The translations under genes were made by a program, and so were the position numbers. From Actinocrinis puniceicyclus (GTDB taxonomy: Bacteria; Actinomycetota; Actinomycetes; Streptomycetales; Catenulisporaceae): a stretch of DNA of 32,000 nt. The notes below the pieces were generated by a model, which saw only the letters and a list, made by a program, of their open reading frames with translations, ran no database searches and was not told the DNA's origin. Position 1 is the first letter of the stretch; each line of letters starts with the position of its first letter. Below, piece by piece: positions 29,958-32,000 of the stretch. Location of the stretch: positions 52,886 through 84,885 of the forward strand of contig NZ_JAGSXH010000001.1 of NCBI RefSeq assembly GCF_018283645.1, read 5' to 3'.

Positions 29958-31928
29958 ATGCGTGCCCGGCTCGGCTCCGCGCGGTTCGGACCGGCTCGGC
30001 CGGGCCCGACCGGGCTCGGCTCGATCCGGCTCGGCTCGATCCGGCTCGGCTCGATCCGGCCGGGCGCCGTGCTCCTGGTCGCCGGACTGCTCGCCGCGCT
30101 CGCCGCGGCGCCGCTGTTCGAACTGGCGCACATCGCCTCCGGCGCCGGCTGGGGCCGGGCCGTGGCCGCACTCGGCTCCGGCCGCAACCTCACCGCCGTG
30201 CGCAACACCCTGATGGTCGGCGCGGCCGTCACCGTCCTCGCGGTCGCGCTCGGCACCGCCGCCGCGCTGGCGGTGGAGAAGCGACCCGCGCGCGAGCGGC
30301 GCCTGCTGCGCCTGGCCGTCGCCGCGCCGCTGCTGCTGCCGGAATTCGTGCTCGGATTCAGCTGGTCCCAGGCATACGGCCCGGCCGGGTACGCGGACCG
30401 GTACCTGCACCTGCGGCTGCCCGGCCTGCTCGGACCGACCGGGATCATCAGTGCCCTGACAGCACACGCGCTGCCGCTCGCCTATCTCGCCACCGCCGCG
30501 GCCATCGCCGTGCGGCCCTTCGCGCACCTGGAACAGGCGGCGCGCGCCTGCGGCGCCGGCCCGGTCACGGTGCTGCGCACCGTGACTTTCCCGCTGCTGC
30601 GCGCGCCGATACTCGCGGCCGCCGCGCTCGTTTTCGTCAACTGCGTCAACAGTTTCGCGATCCCGCAGGTGCTCGGCACGCCCGATGGCTTCGCGACGAT
30701 GTCCACGCTCGTATACAGCGACCTGAACCTCTCCGCGGACCCCGACTCGTTCCGGCAGCTGGCGGTGGTGGCGCTCGCGATGGCCGCGCTGGTGCTGGTG
30801 GTCATCGGGGGCGCCGACCTGCTGCCCGGGGCGGCGGCGGGCTCCGTGCCGGCGAACTCCGCGACGGCCTCGGCCCCCGCGGCGGCGCGCCGGCCGGTGC
30901 ACCGGGGACGCCTGGCCCGTTTCAGCCCCGCCCGTTTCAGCCCCGTGCGCGTGCTCGTCGCGCTGTACGTCCTGCTGGCCGCGGGAGTGCCGCTGCTCGT
31001 GCTCGTCGGGGACGCGATCACTCGCGGACCGGGGCTCAGTCCTACGCCCTCGCACTGGACGCTCGCCAACTTCACCGCCGCGCTGTCCGGCGAGACCGTC
31101 CCCGCGTTGCTGCGCAGCCTGATCCTGGCCGTCGCCGCCGCGGTGCTGGTCCCGGTGATGGGCCTGGCGGTGGCCGCGGCCGGCGCGCGGCTGCGGCGCC
31201 CGCTCGGCACCGCCGTGACGCTCGCCTACGCGATACCCGGCTCGGCGCTGGCCGTGGGCGTCCTGGTCGCGTACGGGCGGTGGCTCACCGGATCCGCGCT
31301 GATCATCCTCATCGCCTATCTGGGCAAACTGTGGGCGCTCGGGCACCGTCCCGTCGCGGCGGCCGTCGAACGGATCGATCCGGCGCTGGCCCGCGCGGCG
31401 CGCGCCAGCGGAGCCGGGGGCGTGGCGGCCTGGCGTGACACCACGCTGCCGGCGCTGCGCCCGGCGTTGGCGGTCGGCGCCGCTCTCACCCTGGTCTTCG
31501 CGACCCACGAGCTGACCATGTCGAGCATCCTCTACGGACCGGGCACGCAGACACTCGCCGTCGTCGTGCTCGACCAGCAACAACTCGGGCAGGTCGGGGC
31601 GACCAGCGCGCTGGCGCTGCTGTTGAGTGTCCCGCCACTGGCGGTCGGGCTGGCGCTGGCCCGTGGACGGCGAGCCGGGAGCCAGGGTCGGCGTGGCACG
31701 GTTCGGGCGCCGGGCAGCACACGCGGTGCGGACAGTGCGGACGGCAGGGACAGTGCACACGGCAGAGACAGCAGGGACCGTGAGGACATGCTCGACGCGA
31801 TGGAAACACCGGAAGACGTGCTCGAAACGGCGGACTCAACGGAGTCGGCGGAGTCGGCGGAGTCGGCGGAGTCGGCAGGCTCAGCGGACTCGGCCGATTC
31901 GGCGGGCGCTGTGGTGAGCGCCGGGTGA
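29958..31928 (+). CDS. Fused two-domain ABC transporter permease (FbpB/ThiP-like) with repeat-bearing N- and C-terminal extensions
   Basis: 656 aa. The ATG lies 1 nt after the SBP stop. There are two BPD_transp_1-like halves, each with about 6 TM segments. The N-terminus carries (LGSIR)3. The last ~80 aa are hydrophilic, acidic and Ser-rich (…ADSTESAESAESAESAGSADSADSAG). Confidence 0.85.
   Translation: MRARLGSARFGPARPGPTGLGSIRLGSIRLGSIRPGAVLLVAGLLAALAAAPLFELAHIASGAGWGRAVAALGSGRNLTAVRNTLMVGAAVTVLAVALGTAAALAVEKRPARERRLLRLAVAAPLLLPEFVLGFSWSQAYGPAGYADRYLHLRLPGLLGPTGIISALTAHALPLAYLATAAAIAVRPFAHLEQAARACGAGPVTVLRTVTFPLLRAPILAAAALVFVNCVNSFAIPQVLGTPDGFATMSTLVYSDLNLSADPDSFRQLAVVALAMAALVLVVIGGADLLPGAAAGSVPANSATASAPAAARRPVHRGRLARFSPARFSPVRVLVALYVLLAAGVPLLVLVGDAITRGPGLSPTPSHWTLANFTAALSGETVPALLRSLILAVAAAVLVPVMGLAVAAAGARLRRPLGTAVTLAYAIPGSALAVGVLVAYGRWLTGSALIILIAYLGKLWALGHRPVAAAVERIDPALARAARASGAGGVAAWRDTTLPALRPALAVGAALTLVFATHELTMSSILYGPGTQTLAVVVLDQQQLGQVGATSALALLLSVPPLAVGLALARGRRAGSQGRRGTVRAPGSTRGADSADGRDSAHGRDSRDREDMLDAMETPEDVLETADSTESAESAESAESAGSADSADSAGAVVSAG
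30013..30057. repeat. Perfect 15-nt tandem repeat GGCTCGGCTCGATCC x3 encoding LGSIR x3
   Basis: Read directly from the sequence. In frame within the permease N-terminal tail. Confidence 0.9.
31841..31876. repeat. Perfect 9-nt tandem repeat GGAGTCGGC x4 encoding (ESA)n
   Basis: Read directly from the sequence. In frame within the permease C-terminal tail. Confidence 0.9.
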
Positions 31929-32000
31929 CCGCCTCGTCAGCGGCCCTGGAGTGCCGGGACCTGGCGGTCGGCCGGGACGCGCGCCCGGTCCTGGCCGATG
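31925..32000 (+). CDS. ABC transporter ATP-binding protein, N-terminal fragment (runs off the right edge)
   Basis: A GTGA start/stop overlap with the permease. Hand translation gives VTASSAALECRDLAVGRDARPVLAD, the usual pre-Walker-A beta-strand pattern of ABC ATPases. Only 25 codons are visible. Confidence 0.55.
   Translation, partial: MTASSAALECRDLAVGRDARPVLAD

Noticed and set aside
29730-31760. A 676-aa ORF on the minus strand, antisense to the ABC permease.
   Set aside because: This is a shadow ORF typical of high-GC genomes. The product is dominated by Arg/Gly/Pro/Asp runs with no domains. The plus-strand frame has the expected TM pattern, operon coupling and G/C-rich third positions.
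1-32000. A search by eye for hypA, hypB, hypD, hypE and hypF, and for rRNA, tRNA and CRISPR arrays.
   Set aside because: No ORF shows the HypB GTPase / His-rich motif, the HypD CGPGCPVC motif, the HypE C-terminal PRIC motif or the HypF zinc-finger / acylphosphatase motifs. No cloverleaf-like low-GC islands or spacer-separated repeats were seen. The absence is reported as an observation only.

Overview
High-GC actinobacterial (Streptomyces-like) chromosomal window that is densely coding, with about 40 genes and no rRNA, tRNA or CRISPR seen. All calls come from reading the sequence and ORF track by eye, and hand-derived coordinates may be off by 1 nt.

Gene content from left to right:
- The 5' part of an IS4-family transposase, running off the left edge.
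- A NitT/TauT-type ABC importer (ATPase, permease, lipoprotein SBP).
- A SAM methyltransferase and a HAD hydrolase.
- An LAxTG (class E sortase) cell-wall-anchored protein with Ser/Ala/Thr repeats.
- The divergent ohrR-ohr peroxide module with its operator palindromes.
- A large secreted CBM-like/Ig-like/six-Asp-box (sialidase-fold) protein behind a 426-nt structured leader.
- ynfA and a STAS anti-sigma-antagonist.
- The hsp18-rheA heat-shock thermosensor pair, with two copies of the RheA operator.
- An SDR, a DUF574-type methyltransferase and a single-TM Cys-containing protein.
- A 486-bp non-coding gap.
- A beta-hydroxyacid dehydrogenase, a short AraC regulator plus a VOC/glyoxalase protein, and a pectinesterase.
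- An 8.4-kb group 1h (Hhy, high-affinity) [NiFe]-hydrogenase locus.
- A yceI / muconolactone-isomerase-like / XRE operon.
- An Fe(III)-type ABC importer whose ATPase gene runs off the right edge.

The hydrogenase locus is the centrepiece. It reads hhyS, hhyL, a NifU-like hhyE, three uncharacterised proteins, the maturation protease, a 34-codon micro-ORF missing from the ORF track, hypC, and one more uncharacterised protein. The genes are translationally coupled, and hypA/B/D/E/F are absent from the window.

Other points worth a second look:
- Repeat and palindrome clusters in the hhyS-yceI divergent region.
- Perfect in-frame 9/12/15-nt microsatellites in four unrelated genes, plus an imperfect one in a fifth.
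- An ABC permease with repeat-bearing N- and C-terminal extensions.
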